The translations under genes and the position numbers were made by a program. A DNA stretch of 64,000 bases, taken from Microbacteriaceae bacterium. Its GTDB lineage: Bacteria > Actinomycetota > Actinomycetes > Actinomycetales > Microbacteriaceae. Below are positions 49,743 to 61,852 of the stretch, in pieces (the stretch's first letter is position 1; each line of letters opens with the position of its first letter). Location: the NCBI GenBank assembly GCA_947453475.1, contig CANGGK010000001.1, positions 17,499-81,498 of the forward strand, given 5' to 3'. The notes under the pieces were generated by a model. That model had not been told where the DNA came from, ran no database searches, and was given only the letters and a program-made list of their open reading frames with translations.

Positions 49743-51629
49743 TTAAGTTTCGAGACTATGAACAATCTGCTGGGCGAGGATTGGGCCGATGCCGGCAACC
49801 GAAGAAATTTCATCTGCGGTGGCGATTCTTAGGCGTTTGGCAGAACCGAAATGCTTCAGTAGCGCATTGACTCGCTTTTCGCCAAGCCCCTGAATTTCAC
49901 TCAAGGTACTGGCAATGCTTGATGAGCGCTTCTGCCGTTGGTAGGTAATGGCGAAGCGGTGAGCCTCGTCTCGTACTCTCTGAAGTAAGAACAACTCATC
50001 GGTGGCTCGTGGCAAGATCACCGGGAATTCATCACCAGGCAGCCAAACCTCTTCGAGACGCTTGGCCAATCCGACCACGGTCAACCCTTCAACCCCAGAA
50101 TCGGCAATCGCTCGAGCGGCCGCATTCACCTGAGGTAAACCACCGTCAACGATTAACAGCGAAGGTCGGTAGGCGAATTTCGATTGAGCCGGCGAGACTG
50201 TTGGGTCTTCGGGGTTCGACTCTAAAACCTCTGGATCTTTCAAGTACTTGAGTCGTCGGCTCAACACCTGGTAAATCGAATCGGTGTCATCCGTGGTGTT
50301 TTCAATGCTGAATCGGCGATAGTGGTCTTTCTTCGGCAAACCATCTTCGAAGACCACCATCGAGGCAACAACGCCGGTGCCACCAAGATGTGAGACGTCG
50401 AAGCATTCGATTCTCAGCGGGGCTTCTTTGAGGTTCAGGGCTCGTTGAATGCCGGCGAGGGCATCTGCTCGGGCTGTGAAATCTGCACTTCGTCGTGTTT
50501 TGTAAAGCATTAAGGCATGTTTGGCGTTGGTAAGCGCTGTGGAAGCCAAGGCGGCCTTATCGCCGCGCTGGGCAACTCTGAGGTCTACCTTCGAACCGCG
50601 CAGCTCAGAGAGCCATAAACCTAACTCTTTCGAATCGTTGGGAATTATCGGAACCAGCACTTCGCGAGGCACCTCTTGCGGCTCTGCCCCGTCGATTGGC
50701 GCGTAAACATTCTGCAGAACGTATTCGACTAGCTCGGGTAGGTCACGCTCTAGTTCTTTATCGACTACCCAACCGCGAACACCACGGATGCGCCCACCGC
50801 GCACGATGAATTGCGAGACAGCAGCAGCGAGTTCATCATCGGCGATGCCAAACAGGTCGGCATCGGTTTGGTCACTGAACACCACGGTGCTTTTTTCAAG
50901 AACGGTTTCAAGTGCTTCAACGTCGTCTCGAAGTGAACCGGCTAGCTCGTATTGTTGATTTTCGCTGGCCTCATACATGCGATTGCGAAGCACCTCAACG
51001 TGCTTGGTGTCGCCACCACCCATGAAGTCGACGAAGTCAGCCGCAATCTTCTTGTGCTCGGTGCTATTGACTCGACCAACGCACGGTGCAGCGCATTTGC
51101 CGATGTCACCGAGAAGGCAAGCTCGCCCGCTCGACTGCGCACGATTGAAAACTCCCTTGCTGCAACTGCGCACCGGGTAGACCTTCAACAAGGTATCTAG
51201 CGTTTCGCGAACAGCCCAAGATTGGGTGTAAGGGCCAAAATATTTGACGCCCTTCATCTCGCGATTGCGAGTTATGAAGGCTCTTGGAAAAGCCTCACCG
51301 GTTGAAACCGCAAGGTACGGGTAAGACTTGTCATCCTTGAAGCGAACGTTGAACGGCGGGTCGAACTCTTTGATCCAGGTGAATTCAAGCTGTAGCGCTT
51401 CGTATTCGGTCTTGACGATGGTCCACTGAACATCGGCGGCCGAGGTTACCATTCGACGCGTGCGTTCGTGCAGGCTGTCGAGCGGGCCAAAATAGTTGCT
51501 CAGGCGAGCGCGAAGGTTCTTGGCCTTACCTACATAAAGCACCCGGCCGGCAGCATCGAGCCACCGGTAAACTCCCGGATCAGTCGGGATCTCCCCCGTC
51601 TTCGGCCTGAACGAGAGTTCGTTGGCCAT
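49743..51629 (-). CDS. uvrC: Excinuclease ABC subunit C
   Basis: GIY-YIG ([14 protein letters not shown]), [21 protein letters not shown], HhH. Confidence 0.98.
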   Translation of the reverse strand: MANELSFRPKTGEIPTDPGVYRWLDAAGRVLYVGKAKNLRARLSNYFGPLDSLHERTRRMVTSAADVQWTIVKTEYEALQLEFTWIKEFDPPFNVRFKDDKSYPYLAVSTGEAFPRAFITRNREMKGVKYFGPYTQSWAVRETLDTLLKVYPVRSCSKGVFNRAQSSGRACLLGDIGKCAAPCVGRVNSTEHKKIAADFVDFMGGGDTKHVEVLRNRMYEASENQQYELAGSLRDDVEALETVLEKSTVVFSDQTDADLFGIADDELAAAVSQFIVRGGRIRGVRGWVVDKELERDLPELVEYVLQNVYAPIDGAEPQEVPREVLVPIIPNDSKELGLWLSELRGSKVDLRVAQRGDKAALASTALTNAKHALMLYKTRRSADFTARADALAGIQRALNLKEAPLRIECFDVSHLGGTGVVASMVVFEDGLPKKDHYRRFSIENTTDDTDSIYQVLSRRLKYLKDPEVLESNPEDPTVSPAQSKFAYRPSLLIVDGGLPQVNAAARAIADSGVEGLTVVGLAKRLEEVWLPGDEFPVILPRATDELFLLQRVRDEAHRFAITYQRQKRSSSIASTLSEIQGLGEKRVNALLKHFGSAKRLRIATADEISSVAGIGPILAQQIVHSLET

Positions 51630-51632
51630 TGC

Positions 51633-54497
51633 TTAGAGCATTTCCTTTAGGAAGCCGCCGGTGAAACTCTTGGCGTTCTTGGCTACTTGCTCTGGGGTTC
51701 CGATTGCGATTACCTCGCCACCGCGTGAACCACCCTCGGGACCCATGTCGATAATCCAGTCTGCACACTTAATAACATCAAGGTTGTGTTCGATGACCAG
51801 GACGGTGTTTCCTTTGTCGACAAGCCCGTTGAGCACCAGGAGCAGCTTGCGGACGTCTTCGAAGTGCAGGCCGGTGGTCGGCTCATCCAAGACATAAATG
51901 CTGCGGCCGTTTGAACGGCGCTGAAGTTCGGTTGCAAGCTTCACTCGCTGAGCTTCACCGCCAGATAGCGTGGTTGCCGATTGACCGAGTCGCACGTACC
52001 CCAAACCAACTTCGACCAAGGTCTGCAGGTAGCGCGCGATAGAGGTAATTGGGGCAAAGAATTCGGCCGCTTCTGCGATTGGCATCTCAAGAACTTCGGC
52101 AATGTTCTTGCCCTTGTAAAGCACCTGAAGGGTTTCACGGTTGTAGCGTGCGCCGTGGCAAACCTCGCAGGCAACGTATACGTCTGGCAGGAAGTTCATC
52201 TCGATGCGCAGGGTTCCGTCACCGCTACAAGATTCGCAACGACCGCCCTTCACGTTGAACGAGAATCGACCCTGCTGGTAACCGCGGGCCTTTGCCTCAG
52301 AGGTTTCGGTAAACAATTTGCGAATGTGGTCGAATACTCCGGTGTAGGTCGCTGGGTTCGAGCGCGGGGTGCGACCGATTGGGTTCTGGTCAACGTGCAC
52401 AACCTTGTCGAGTTGGTCTAGACCCTCGATGCGAGTGTGCTTGCCGGCCACGCCCTTGGCGCCGTTTAGTGCGTTGGCGAGAACCTCGTACAAGACGTCA
52501 TTCACCAAGGATGACTTACCTGAGCCAGAGACGCCGGTCACCGCGGTGAGTGTACCCAAAGGAAACTCGACATCAACGTTCTTCAGGTTGTTCTCGCGGG
52601 CTCCTACTACCTTGAGCTTGCGAGACTTATCGATCTCGCGACGCTTCTTTGGTGTGGCAATTTTTTCGCGGCCAGACATGAATGCACCGGTCAGCGATTT
52701 CTCATTCTTTAGTAGCGCCTCATAGGTTCCGCTGTGAACGACTTCGCCACCATTCACACCCGCTCCAGGGCCGATGTCGACAACCCAGTCAGACGCCTTA
52801 ATTGTGTCTTCGTCGTGTTCGACGACAATCAGCGTGTTACCGAGATCACGGAGCTTGATTAGAGTGTCGATGAGGCGACGGTTGTCGCGCTGGTGAAGGC
52901 CGATAGACGGCTCGTCCAAAACGTAAAGAACTCCGGTAAGCCCAGAGCCAATCTGGGTGGCTAGGCGAATTCGCTGAGCTTCACCGCCAGATAGGCTTCC
53001 GGCGGCGCGCTCAAGACTTAGGTAGTCGAGGCCAACGGCAATCAAAAAGTCGAGTCTGGCGCGAATTTCGCGAAGCACCTGTGCGGCGATCTTTACGTCA
53101 CGCTCGTCGAGCTGAATTGTTTCGAAGAACTCCACCGATTCACCAAGGCTCATTCGGGCAACATCGGCGATTGATTTTTCAAATACCTTGACCGCTAACA
53201 CCTCTGGGCGCAGTCGCTGACCATCACAGGCAGGGCAAGGAATTTCACGGAGGAAACCCGACCACTTTGCGCGGGCGTAATCATTCTCAGATTCGAGATA
53301 CTTGCGCTCTATGTAGCTCAGCACACCCTCGAAGCCTGTGGTGTAGCGCAGTTCACGCCCGTACTTGTTTTTCCACTTGACCTGAACGTCAAAGTTGTTG
53401 CCATACAGAACTGCCTGTTGAACTTCTTCGGGCAGCTTCTTCCAAGGCGTGTCGAGTGAAAACTCTAGGTCGTCGGCGAGACCCTCGAGCATGCGCGAGA
53501 AGTAGTGGAAAAGACCTTTACCTTGGGTAGACCAAGGCAAGATGACTCCCCCGTTGATGCTGGCATCTGGGTCGCCAATGATTAACTCGGCGTCAACGGC
53601 CTGCTTCACTCCTAGACCAGAACAGGTTGGGCAGGCACCGAAGGGAGCATTGAATGAGAAGGTGCGAGGCTCGATCTCGGTGAGGCTAAGCGCGTGCTCG
53701 TTCGGGCAGCTCATCTTCTCGCTGAATGCGCGAGTTTTACCTTCTGCACCAGCCTCGAGGTCAACAAAATCAATGATGATTCGGCCGTCGGCCAGCTTGA
53801 GAGCGGTTTCGACCGAGTCAGTTAGACGGCCAACGATGTCTGGCTTTGAAACCAGGCGGTCTACAACCACCGCGATGTCGTGTTTGAAAGTCTTCTTCAG
53901 AGGCTTCGCCTCGGCAAGCTGAACAACTTCGCCATCGACCACTGCGCGGGCGAAACCCTGCGCATTCAAGTCACGAAAGAGGTCGACAAATTCGCCCTTC
54001 TTCTGGTCGATAATCTGAGCCAGAATCTGAAAACGTGTGCCTTCGGCAAACTCTAAAATCTGGTCAACGATTTGCTGTGGGCTCTGCTTGATGATCTTCT
54101 CGCCACACTCGGCACAGAAAGGGGTTCCGATTCGAGCCCAAAGCAGTCGAAGGTAGTCGTGAATCTCGGTGATTGTTCCAACGGTCGATCGCGGGTTTCG
54201 GTTGGTCGACTTCTGGTCAATCGAAACGGCAGGGCTCAGGCCCTCAATGAAGTCGACGTCTGGGCGGTCTACCTGGCCAAGAAACTGACGCGCGTAGGCC
54301 GACAGCGATTCGACATAGCGACGCTGCCCCTCGGCAAAGATGGTGTCAAATGCCAAGGATGACTTGCCCGAGCCGCTGAGGCCGGTAAACACCACCATCG
54401 AATCGCGCGGTATCTCAAGGTTTAGATTCTTGAGGTTGTGAACGCGCGCGCCCTTGATGATGAGCTTGTTTTCGTGGTGGATCTGGCTGATAGACAC
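51633..54497 (-). CDS. uvrA: Excinuclease ABC subunit A
   Basis: GLSGSGKSS, Zn fingers, two LSGGEAQR signatures. Confidence 0.98.
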   Translation of the reverse strand: MSISQIHHENKLIIKGARVHNLKNLNLEIPRDSMVVFTGLSGSGKSSLAFDTIFAEGQRRYVESLSAYARQFLGQVDRPDVDFIEGLSPAVSIDQKSTNRNPRSTVGTITEIHDYLRLLWARIGTPFCAECGEKIIKQSPQQIVDQILEFAEGTRFQILAQIIDQKKGEFVDLFRDLNAQGFARAVVDGEVVQLAEAKPLKKTFKHDIAVVVDRLVSKPDIVGRLTDSVETALKLADGRIIIDFVDLEAGAEGKTRAFSEKMSCPNEHALSLTEIEPRTFSFNAPFGACPTCSGLGVKQAVDAELIIGDPDASINGGVILPWSTQGKGLFHYFSRMLEGLADDLEFSLDTPWKKLPEEVQQAVLYGNNFDVQVKWKNKYGRELRYTTGFEGVLSYIERKYLESENDYARAKWSGFLREIPCPACDGQRLRPEVLAVKVFEKSIADVARMSLGESVEFFETIQLDERDVKIAAQVLREIRARLDFLIAVGLDYLSLERAAGSLSGGEAQRIRLATQIGSGLTGVLYVLDEPSIGLHQRDNRRLIDTLIKLRDLGNTLIVVEHDEDTIKASDWVVDIGPGAGVNGGEVVHSGTYEALLKNEKSLTGAFMSGREKIATPKKRREIDKSRKLKVVGARENNLKNVDVEFPLGTLTAVTGVSGSGKSSLVNDVLYEVLANALNGAKGVAGKHTRIEGLDQLDKVVHVDQNPIGRTPRSNPATYTGVFDHIRKLFTETSEAKARGYQQGRFSFNVKGGRCESCSGDGTLRIEMNFLPDVYVACEVCHGARYNRETLQVLYKGKNIAEVLEMPIAEAAEFFAPITSIARYLQTLVEVGLGYVRLGQSATTLSGGEAQRVKLATELQRRSNGRSIYVLDEPTTGLHFEDVRKLLLVLNGLVDKGNTVLVIEHNLDVIKCADWIIDMGPEGGSRGGEVIAIGTPEQVAKNAKSFTGGFLKEML

Positions 54498-54533
54498 TGT
54501 GAAAGTTTAACCCTGCTCTGTAGCGCCGAACGC

Positions 54534-56609
54534 CTAAACGTGACCGGCTTTTTCCATTTGGCGAAGCTCGTGCTTCAGTTCTGAAATTTCGTCGCGAAGT
54601 CGAGCGGCAAGCTCAAACTTCAACTCGCGTGCTGCTGACTTCATCTGTTCATCCAAGTCGACAACAATTGACAAGATCTCGTCGTAGGCCATTCCGGCAA
54701 TACCCTTGCGACCCTTGATCGGAATAACACTCTTGCCGTCGCGCGACTTCTTGCCCTTTGCTTTTTCAAGCAACTCGGCGGTGTCTTGCTCTTCTCGCAA
54801 AATCTGATCGGTGATGTCGGCGATCTTTTTGCGCAGTGGCTGCGGGTCTACGCCGCGTTCAAGGTTGTAGGCCACCTGCTTCGCACGTCGACGATTGGTT
54901 TCGTCAATCGCGCGGGCCATCGAATCGGTGATGTTGTCGGCATACATATGCACTTCACCGTTGATGTTTCGAGCCGCACGCCCGATGGTCTGAATCAAGG
55001 ATGTTGACGAGCGCAAGAAGCCCTCTTTGTCGGCGTCAAGGATGGCCACGAGAGATACCTCTGGAAGGTCGAGACCTTCACGAAGCAAGTTGATGCCGAT
55101 GAGCACGTCAAAGACACCAGAGCGCAGCTCTCGAAGTAGCTCAACGCGACGGAGGGTGTCGACGTCGCTGTGTAGGTAACGCACTCGCACGCCAGCTTCG
55201 GTTAGGAAGTCGGTTAGCTCTTCAGCCATCTTCTTGGTGAGAGTCGTGACGAGCACACGTTCATCCTTGCCGGCACGCACTCTGATTTCTTCGAGTAGGT
55301 CATCAATCTGACCCTTGCTCGGCTTGATCACGATTTCTGGGTCGATAAGACCGGTAGGGCGAATGATCTGTTCTACTACTCCGGCACCGAGGTTCATCTC
55401 GTACTTGCCAGGGGTGGCCGATAGATAAACGGTTTGGCCAACTCGATCTAGAAACTCGGTGAATTTAAGTGGGCGGTTGTCGAGCGCCGAAGGCAGACGG
55501 AAGCCGTATTCGACGAGATTGCGCTTTCGGCTTGAGTCGCCCTCATACATCGCACCGATTTGAGGCACGGTAACGTGCGATTCGTCGATTACGGTCAAGA
55601 AGTCTTCTGGGAAGTAGTCGAGTAGACAGGCTCCGGCTTCACCAGCGGCGCGGCCGTCAATATGTCGCGAGTAGTTCTCGATTCCGCTGCAGAAGCCAAG
55701 TTCCTTGATCATCTCTAGATCGAAGGTGGTGCGCATTTTTAGACGCTGAGCCTCAAGAAGTTTGCCTTGCGATTCGAGGTCTTTTACTCGCCAAACCAGC
55801 TCTTCTTCGATGGCCTCCATGGCCTTAGCCATGCGCTCGACAGGCGCTACGTAATAAGAAGCTGGGTAGATTGCGACGGTCTTCTCTTCGCGGGCTATCT
55901 CGCCGGTAAGTGGCGAGAGTGAGTAAATTGCTTCAACTTCGTCACCAAAGAACTCGATGCGCGTTGCAAGCTCGTCATAAACCGGAATGATTTCGATGGT
56001 GTCGCCCTTGACCCGGAAGTTTCCGCGCGAGAAATCAATGTCGTTTCGCTTGTATTGAAGGTCGACGAATTTGCGAATTAGGGCATCTCTGTCGATTCGA
56101 TCGCCGACCTGAATAGCGACGCTCTGATTTAGATACTCGGCAGGCGCACCGAGACCATAGATGCAAGACACTGTCGAGACCACAACCACGTCACGTCGAC
56201 TCAGCAAGCTCATTGTTGCCTTATAGCGAAGGCGTTCAACTTCAGAGTTGATTGAGGAGTCTTTCTCGATGAAGGTGTCGGTTTGAGCTACGTAGGCCTC
56301 TGGCTGATAGTAGTCGTAGTAGCTGACGAAGTACTCGACGGCGTTATTCGGCAGCAGCTCGCGGAATTCGTTTACCAGCTGGGCGGCAAGTGTCTTGTTG
56401 TGTGCCAAAACCAGGGTTGGCCGTTGCACGGCTTCGATGAGCCAGGCCGTGGTAGCCGACTTACCGGTACCAGTGGCGCCGAGTAGTACTACGTCCTTTT
56501 CTCCAGCCTTGATGCGCTGGGCAAGGTCGGCGATAGCGGTCGGTTGGTCGCCCGACGGCGTGTACTCGCTAATTACCTCAAAGGGCGCAAAAGATCTCGT
56601 GGCTTCCAT
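54534..56609 (-). CDS. uvrB: Excinuclease ABC subunit B
   Basis: [38 protein letters not shown]. Confidence 0.98.
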   Translation of the reverse strand: MEATRSFAPFEVISEYTPSGDQPTAIADLAQRIKAGEKDVVLLGATGTGKSATTAWLIEAVQRPTLVLAHNKTLAAQLVNEFRELLPNNAVEYFVSYYDYYQPEAYVAQTDTFIEKDSSINSEVERLRYKATMSLLSRRDVVVVSTVSCIYGLGAPAEYLNQSVAIQVGDRIDRDALIRKFVDLQYKRNDIDFSRGNFRVKGDTIEIIPVYDELATRIEFFGDEVEAIYSLSPLTGEIAREEKTVAIYPASYYVAPVERMAKAMEAIEEELVWRVKDLESQGKLLEAQRLKMRTTFDLEMIKELGFCSGIENYSRHIDGRAAGEAGACLLDYFPEDFLTVIDESHVTVPQIGAMYEGDSSRKRNLVEYGFRLPSALDNRPLKFTEFLDRVGQTVYLSATPGKYEMNLGAGVVEQIIRPTGLIDPEIVIKPSKGQIDDLLEEIRVRAGKDERVLVTTLTKKMAEELTDFLTEAGVRVRYLHSDVDTLRRVELLRELRSGVFDVLIGINLLREGLDLPEVSLVAILDADKEGFLRSSTSLIQTIGRAARNINGEVHMYADNITDSMARAIDETNRRRAKQVAYNLERGVDPQPLRKKIADITDQILREEQDTAELLEKAKGKKSRDGKSVIPIKGRKGIAGMAYDEILSIVVDLDEQMKSAARELKFELAARLRDEISELKHELRQMEKAGHV

Positions 56610-56617
56610 CTATAACC

Positions 56618-57229
56618 TCAAGCCGAAAGCTTCTCGAATGCTTCCCTCTGAATGCGAAGCCAGAGCGAGTCGGCATCTTTCATTAGAAGCGCTAAGTCTT
56701 GATTTGAGTTCAGAATGACGTCTGCCGCGTTCGCGCGCTGGGCAGGGCTTGCCTGAGATGCGACTCGCTTGGCGGCCTCGGCTTCATCCATGCCCCTAAA
56801 GGTCTTTAGGCGATGGATCTGCTCCTTTGTTGGCGCCTCCACAGTCACCACCATGTCAAACGGTAGATCTACGGATGCCTCGACCAACAGAGGTACGTTG
56901 TAAATCGCGATGGTGTTTTCTGGCAGCTCTGCAACAATTTCTTTCGCGCGTGCCTTGACCAGGGGGTGAACGATTGACTCGAGAATCTTGCGCTTCTCGG
57001 CGTCGGCGAAAACTACAGCACCAAGCTTCGGCCTATCGAGCGAGCCGCCGGCTAGAAAGATTTCGTCACCAAAGGTTGTGCGGATTTCAGCAGCACCAGG
57101 TGTGTTAGGGGCGACTACCTCGCGAGCAAGCTGGTCGGCATCGATTTCAAAGCCTCCTTGCTCGACCCAACGCTTTGCGACGGTCGATTTGCCGGCAGCG
57201 ATGCCTCCGGTGAGCCCAACTAAATACAT
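56618..57229 (-). CDS. coaE: Dephospho-CoA kinase
   Basis: GLTGGIAAGKST, IDAD, LE.IVHP, PLLVE. Confidence 0.96.
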   Translation of the reverse strand: MYLVGLTGGIAAGKSTVAKRWVEQGGFEIDADQLAREVVAPNTPGAAEIRTTFGDEIFLAGGSLDRPKLGAVVFADAEKRKILESIVHPLVKARAKEIVAELPENTIAIYNVPLLVEASVDLPFDMVVTVEAPTKEQIHRLKTFRGMDEAEAAKRVASQASPAQRANAADVILNSNQDLALLMKDADSLWLRIQREAFEKLSA

Positions 57230-57245
57230 GTCTCTAGGTTAAAGC

Positions 57246-57279
57246 AAAAGAGGCCGCACCCGAAGGTGCGACCTCTTTT
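57246..57279 (-). terminator. Intrinsic terminator after rpsA
   Basis: AAAAGAGGCCGCACC-CGAA-GGTGCGACCTCTTTT. Confidence 0.85.
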
Positions 57280-57289
57280 TAGAGAGTTA

Positions 57290-58738
57290 TTACTCTGCGC
57301 TCTTTAGCTTGTCGCGTAGTGCTGCAAGTGACTCGTCTGAAGCAAGGGTTCCCGCTTCGGTTGATTCGCTTGAGTAGCTAGCCTGAGCTGCTGGCGCTGA
57401 GCCTGCATCTGGAAGGTTTGCTGCTGCCTCGTTAGCGGCTGCAACCTGCTTCTTGTGCTCTTCCCAACGTGCGTGAGCCAAAGCGTACTCTGCCTCCCAC
57501 TTGGTGCGAGCCTCTTCGAAGCCTGCCTTCCACTCGTTGGTGGTTGAGTCGAAGCCCTCTGGGTACTTGTACTGGCCGTTCTCGTCGAAGTCTGCAGCCA
57601 TACCGTAAAGCGATGGGTTGAAGTCGGTGCCACCAGCGGTGACCTCCTCGTTCGCCTGCTTTAGCGATAGTGAGATGCGGCGACGGTCTAGGTCGATGTC
57701 GATTACCTTGACGAATACGTCCTGGTTAACTGCAACAACCTGCTCAGCAAGCTCAATGTGCTTTGAAGAAAGCTCTGAGATGTGAACTAGACCCTCGATA
57801 CCGTCTGCAACGCGAACGAATGCACCGAAAGGAACCAACTTGGTTACCTTGCCCGGTGCGTACTGTCCGATTGCGTGGGTACGAGCGAATACCTGCCATG
57901 GGTCTTCCTGGGTTGCCTTTAGCGATAGCGACACGCGCTCGCGCTCCTGGTCAACTTCAAGAACCTCAACGGTAACTTCCTGGCCGATTTCGACGACCTC
58001 AGAAGCGTGCTCGATGTGCTTCCATGAAAGCTCTGAAACGTGAACTAGACCGTCTACGCCACCAAGGTCAATGAATGCACCGAAGTTGACGATAGATGAA
58101 ACAACACCGGTGCGGATCTGGCCCTTGGCTAGGTCTGCTAGGAAGGTGCTGCGAGATGCCGACTGGCTCTCTTCTAGAAGTGCGCGGCGTGAAAGAACAA
58201 CGTTGTTGCGGTTCTTGTCAAGCTCAAGAATCTTGGCTTCGACCTTCTGGCCTAGGTAAGGACCTAGGTCGCGAACGCGGCGAAGCTCGATTAGAGAAGC
58301 TGGAAGGAAGCCACGTAGGCCGATGTCTACGATCAGACCACCCTTAACAACTTCGATAACAGTACCGGTAACGGTGCCATCTGCTTCCTTGACCTTCTCG
58401 ACGTCGCCCCACGCACGCTCGTACTGTGCACGCTTCTTCGAAAGGATTAGACGGCCTTCCTTGTCTTCCTTCTGAAGAACAAGTGCCTCTACGGTGTCGC
58501 CGACTGCAACGATCTCTGATGGATCTGCGTCGTGGCGAATTGAAAGTTCACGAGAAGGGATTACACCTTCAGTCTTGTAACCGACGTCGAGTAGAACCTC
58601 GTCGCGGTCGATTTTTACAACGGTACCTTCGATTAGGTCGCCGTCGTTGAAGAACTTCAGGGTTGCCTCTACTGCGGCTAGGAAGTCTTCAGCTGAGCCG
58701 ATGTCGTTTACGGCTACCTGCTTGGTTGCTTTAGTCAA
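57290..58738 (-). CDS. rpsA: 30S ribosomal protein S1
   Basis: Four S1 repeats, actinobacterial C-terminus LASDESLAALRDKL; TTG start. Confidence 0.98.
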   Translation of the reverse strand: MTKATKQVAVNDIGSAEDFLAAVEATLKFFNDGDLIEGTVVKIDRDEVLLDVGYKTEGVIPSRELSIRHDADPSEIVAVGDTVEALVLQKEDKEGRLILSKKRAQYERAWGDVEKVKEADGTVTGTVIEVVKGGLIVDIGLRGFLPASLIELRRVRDLGPYLGQKVEAKILELDKNRNNVVLSRRALLEESQSASRSTFLADLAKGQIRTGVVSSIVNFGAFIDLGGVDGLVHVSELSWKHIEHASEVVEIGQEVTVEVLEVDQERERVSLSLKATQEDPWQVFARTHAIGQYAPGKVTKLVPFGAFVRVADGIEGLVHISELSSKHIELAEQVVAVNQDVFVKVIDIDLDRRRISLSLKQANEEVTAGGTDFNPSLYGMAADFDENGQYKYPEGFDSTTNEWKAGFEEARTKWEAEYALAHARWEEHKKQVAAANEAAANLPDAGSAPAAQASYSSESTEAGTLASDESLAALRDKLKSAE

Positions 58739-58850
58739 TGTATTTATCTCTTAACGGGCATTTCTAGGGTCGCGACAAATCCAAGGGTTTTCCTAGGGAT
58801 TCCATCGCAACAACGGATAGGTGTTGCATGAAAAAACATGCTTCTCTAGC

Positions 58851-59117
58851 CTAGCGGTTATTTGCACCCGAAACAACGGTAAAAAGGCTCTGGATCAAGG
58901 AATCTTCATCAGGGCCGACCACCTCAATGGTCAACTTCTCGCCTTGCTTTACCCCGAGGCTCAGCAGCGACAAAATGCTGTCTCCGCGAACCTTTGGACC
59001 ATCTCCCTTGGAGATCATCACAGTATGCCCAGCACTACCGGCAATTCTCACGAATTCGGCCGCAGGGCGCGCGTGTAGACCTTCTGCTGCCTTGATGATG
59101 ATCGTTTGTTTGACCAC
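58851..59117 (-). CDS. ptsH: PTS phosphocarrier protein HPr
   Basis: GLHARPA (His15) and DSILSLLSLG (Ser46-like); GTG start overlaps the polA stop (TAGTG). Confidence 0.9.
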   Translation of the reverse strand: MVKQTIIIKAAEGLHARPAAEFVRIAGSAGHTVMISKGDGPKVRGDSILSLLSLGVKQGEKLTIEVVGPDEDSLIQSLFTVVSGANNR

Positions 59118-61822
59118 TAGTGCGCAGCCTCATCCCAACTTCGACCAATGCCAATTTGAACGTCTAGTGGAACCGAAAGCTCCACCACGTGTTCCATTTC
59201 ATGCACGACGATGGCCTTCAGTGCTTCCATTTCGCCCGCTGCAACCTCGAACACCAATTCGTCATGCACCTGAAGCAACATTCGGCTCGTTAGCTTTGCC
59301 TCAATCATCTTTGCGTCGATTCGCGTCATTGCTAGCTTCATAATGTCGGCCGCGGTTCCCTGAATCGGCGCGTTCAAGGCCGCTCGGCGAGCGTTCTCAC
59401 GAACCTGGAACAACTTGCTGTTCAAATCATCGAACGGGCGGCGGCGGCCGTGAATCGTGGAAGTGAAACCAAGAGACTTAGCCTCGTCAACCACGCTGGC
59501 GAGATAGCGACGCACTCCCCCAAATCGAGAGAAATAATCAGCCATAAGTTGTTTGGCCTCTGCGTTTGGAATACGAAGCTGCTTAGCCAAACCGTATTCA
59601 CTTAGGCCGTAGACCAAGCCATAGCTCATTGCCTTTACCTTCGAACGCATTGCCGAGGTCACTTCGCTAGGCTCAACTCCGAAAATTCTGGCACCCACAA
59701 AGCGGTGCAGGTCTTCACCCGTATTGAAGGCTTCAATGATGCCTTCATCCTCTGAAAGGTGAGCCATGATGCGCATTTCAATCTGCGAGTAGTCGGCGGT
59801 CAACAGGGTTTCGAAACCTGCTCCAACGATGAAGGCGTCGCGAATCTCGCGACCACGCTCACTCTTGATTGGAATGTTCTGCAGGTTCGGGCTCTCAGAA
59901 GACAAGCGACCCGTTGATGTGCCGGTCTGAACGTAGTTGGTGTGGATGCGACCATCCGAGCCCACCGACTTGAGCATCGTTTCGACAATTTGGCGAATCT
60001 TGGTTGCTTCGCGGTGCTCCAGAAGACGTTCGAGGAACGGGTGCTGGGTTTGCTCGAAAAGCTCGTTGAGTGCGGCGGCATTGGTTGAGAAGCCGGTTTT
60101 GACCTGCTTCGTGCCGGTCATGCCGAGTTCGTCAAACAGCACGGTCTGAAGCTGCTTTGGTGAGGCAAGGTTGATTTCGCGCCCAATGATGGCGTATGCC
60201 TTTTGAGCAACCTCGGCTACTTCACCAGAGAGTCGCTCGAACAGCGCCTCGAGTTTCGGCACATCGACTGCAACACCCAAATTCTCCATACGGGCGAGAG
60301 CGCCGTTGGTTGGCAACTCAACTTCGCCATAAACGCGAAGTTGATCTTCGGCTTCAACCATCGGATAAAGACGCTCGGCCAAAATCAGAGACAACCAGGC
60401 GTTTAGGCTGGCATCCGTTGTTTCTTCGGCGACCAGTTGGTTTGGATCTGAACGGGTTACCGATAGCCCGATGTATTCGAGAGTCACATCATCTATTTCG
60501 TAACCACGACGAATCGGGTTTAGTAGGTAAGCCAATAGCAAGGCATCGTAATTGACGCCGGCAATTGCTATGCCAAAGTCGAGCAAACGCTTGGTGACAT
60601 CCTTGGCGCCATAGATGGCCTTTTGACACGACTCATCTGTGAGCCAGGTTCCTAGAACCTCATTCAGTTCCTGGTTCGAGCTGACTGCGGCAAATTTTCG
60701 AACGTTTTCGGTGGCAAACCCTACCGAGGTAACTCCGCCCTCGGTCAATTCGAAACTCAAACCAATGGTGCCAACCTGGTCATGCAGCCACTTTTTGGCA
60801 TCTGCAAGAGACACCGAAGCGCTTTCGGGCAAATCAACCGGAGTATGGATGACCGCTGGCGCAGCTTCTGGTTCGTCGGCAAAGGCAGCGGCGAAAGCCT
60901 GCTTGCTGTCGGCGGCTGGGCTTGAACCCGCGGTCACTCCCCTGGCGCGAAGAACGCGCTCGGTAAGCGATTTGAAATGCAGCTTGGCGAATACTTCGCG
61001 CACCTGAGTTTCATCAACGCCACCTAGCAATAGGTCATCTTGTGTGAAATCGAAATCGAGATCACGAACCAAGTGGTTTAGGCGACGGTTGCGAACGGCT
61101 AGTTCGCGGTGCTCGCGAAGGCTCTCGCCAACCTTGCCCGAGATTTCGCCGGCAGCGCTGAGCACGCCTTCGAGGTTGTCATAGGCCTGCAGCCATTTTG
61201 CCGCGGTCTTTGGGCCAACTCCGGGGATGCCCGGAAGGTTGTCAGAGGTCTCGCCAACTAAAGCAGCTAGATCTGGGTACTGCTTGGCGTGGATTCCATA
61301 CTTCTCGAGAACCGCCGCGTCATCCATGCGGGCAAGGTTTAGAACACCCTTCACCGGATACAAAATCGTGGTTGATTCGCTAATCAACTGGAAGGTGTCG
61401 CGGTCGCCAGAGACCACGAAAACGTTGAAGCCTTTTTCACCGCTCTGATCAGCCAAACTGGCCAGGATGTCGTCAGCCTCAAAGTTCTCACGAGTGATGG
61501 TCTTGATGTTCATCGCGGTAAGAGCCTCGCGCAGAAGCTCTGTCTGTCCGTTGAATTCCGGCGGAGTCTCGCCGCGGGTGCCCTTGTACTCAGGGTATTC
61601 ATCCGTGCGGAAAGAACTGCGAGATAGATCAAATGCCACGGCAAGATGAGTCGGCTTTTCAGCGGCAAGGATGTTCAGCAACATCGAGATGAAGCCGTGC
61701 ACGGCATTGGTGTGCTGGCCATCCGGGGTCTTGAAGCTATCTGGGCTAAGCGCGTAGAACGCCCTAAAAGCGAGCGAGTGCCCATCGATTAGCAGCAGAG
61801 TAGGCTTTTGATTAGCGTTCAT
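59117..61822 (-). CDS. polA: DNA polymerase I
   Basis: DGHSLAFRAF 5'-nuclease, TGRLSS..PNLQNIP, DYSQIE.R, QVHDE. Confidence 0.98.
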   Translation of the reverse strand: MNANQKPTLLLIDGHSLAFRAFYALSPDSFKTPDGQHTNAVHGFISMLLNILAAEKPTHLAVAFDLSRSSFRTDEYPEYKGTRGETPPEFNGQTELLREALTAMNIKTITRENFEADDILASLADQSGEKGFNVFVVSGDRDTFQLISESTTILYPVKGVLNLARMDDAAVLEKYGIHAKQYPDLAALVGETSDNLPGIPGVGPKTAAKWLQAYDNLEGVLSAAGEISGKVGESLREHRELAVRNRRLNHLVRDLDFDFTQDDLLLGGVDETQVREVFAKLHFKSLTERVLRARGVTAGSSPAADSKQAFAAAFADEPEAAPAVIHTPVDLPESASVSLADAKKWLHDQVGTIGLSFELTEGGVTSVGFATENVRKFAAVSSNQELNEVLGTWLTDESCQKAIYGAKDVTKRLLDFGIAIAGVNYDALLLAYLLNPIRRGYEIDDVTLEYIGLSVTRSDPNQLVAEETTDASLNAWLSLILAERLYPMVEAEDQLRVYGEVELPTNGALARMENLGVAVDVPKLEALFERLSGEVAEVAQKAYAIIGREINLASPKQLQTVLFDELGMTGTKQVKTGFSTNAAALNELFEQTQHPFLERLLEHREATKIRQIVETMLKSVGSDGRIHTNYVQTGTSTGRLSSESPNLQNIPIKSERGREIRDAFIVGAGFETLLTADYSQIEMRIMAHLSEDEGIIEAFNTGEDLHRFVGARIFGVEPSEVTSAMRSKVKAMSYGLVYGLSEYGLAKQLRIPNAEAKQLMADYFSRFGGVRRYLASVVDEAKSLGFTSTIHGRRRPFDDLNSKLFQVRENARRAALNAPIQGTAADIMKLAMTRIDAKMIEAKLTSRMLLQVHDELVFEVAAGEMEALKAIVVHEMEHVVELSVPLDVQIGIGRSWDEAAH

Positions 61823-61852
61823 GAGGCAAGCCTACTTTGCCCGACCGACCTT

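Noticed and set aside
58739-58850. Structured rpsA leader (and L31 leader at 19640-19720)
   Set aside because: Structured ribosomal-protein leaders are expected autoregulatory elements, so not counted as novel
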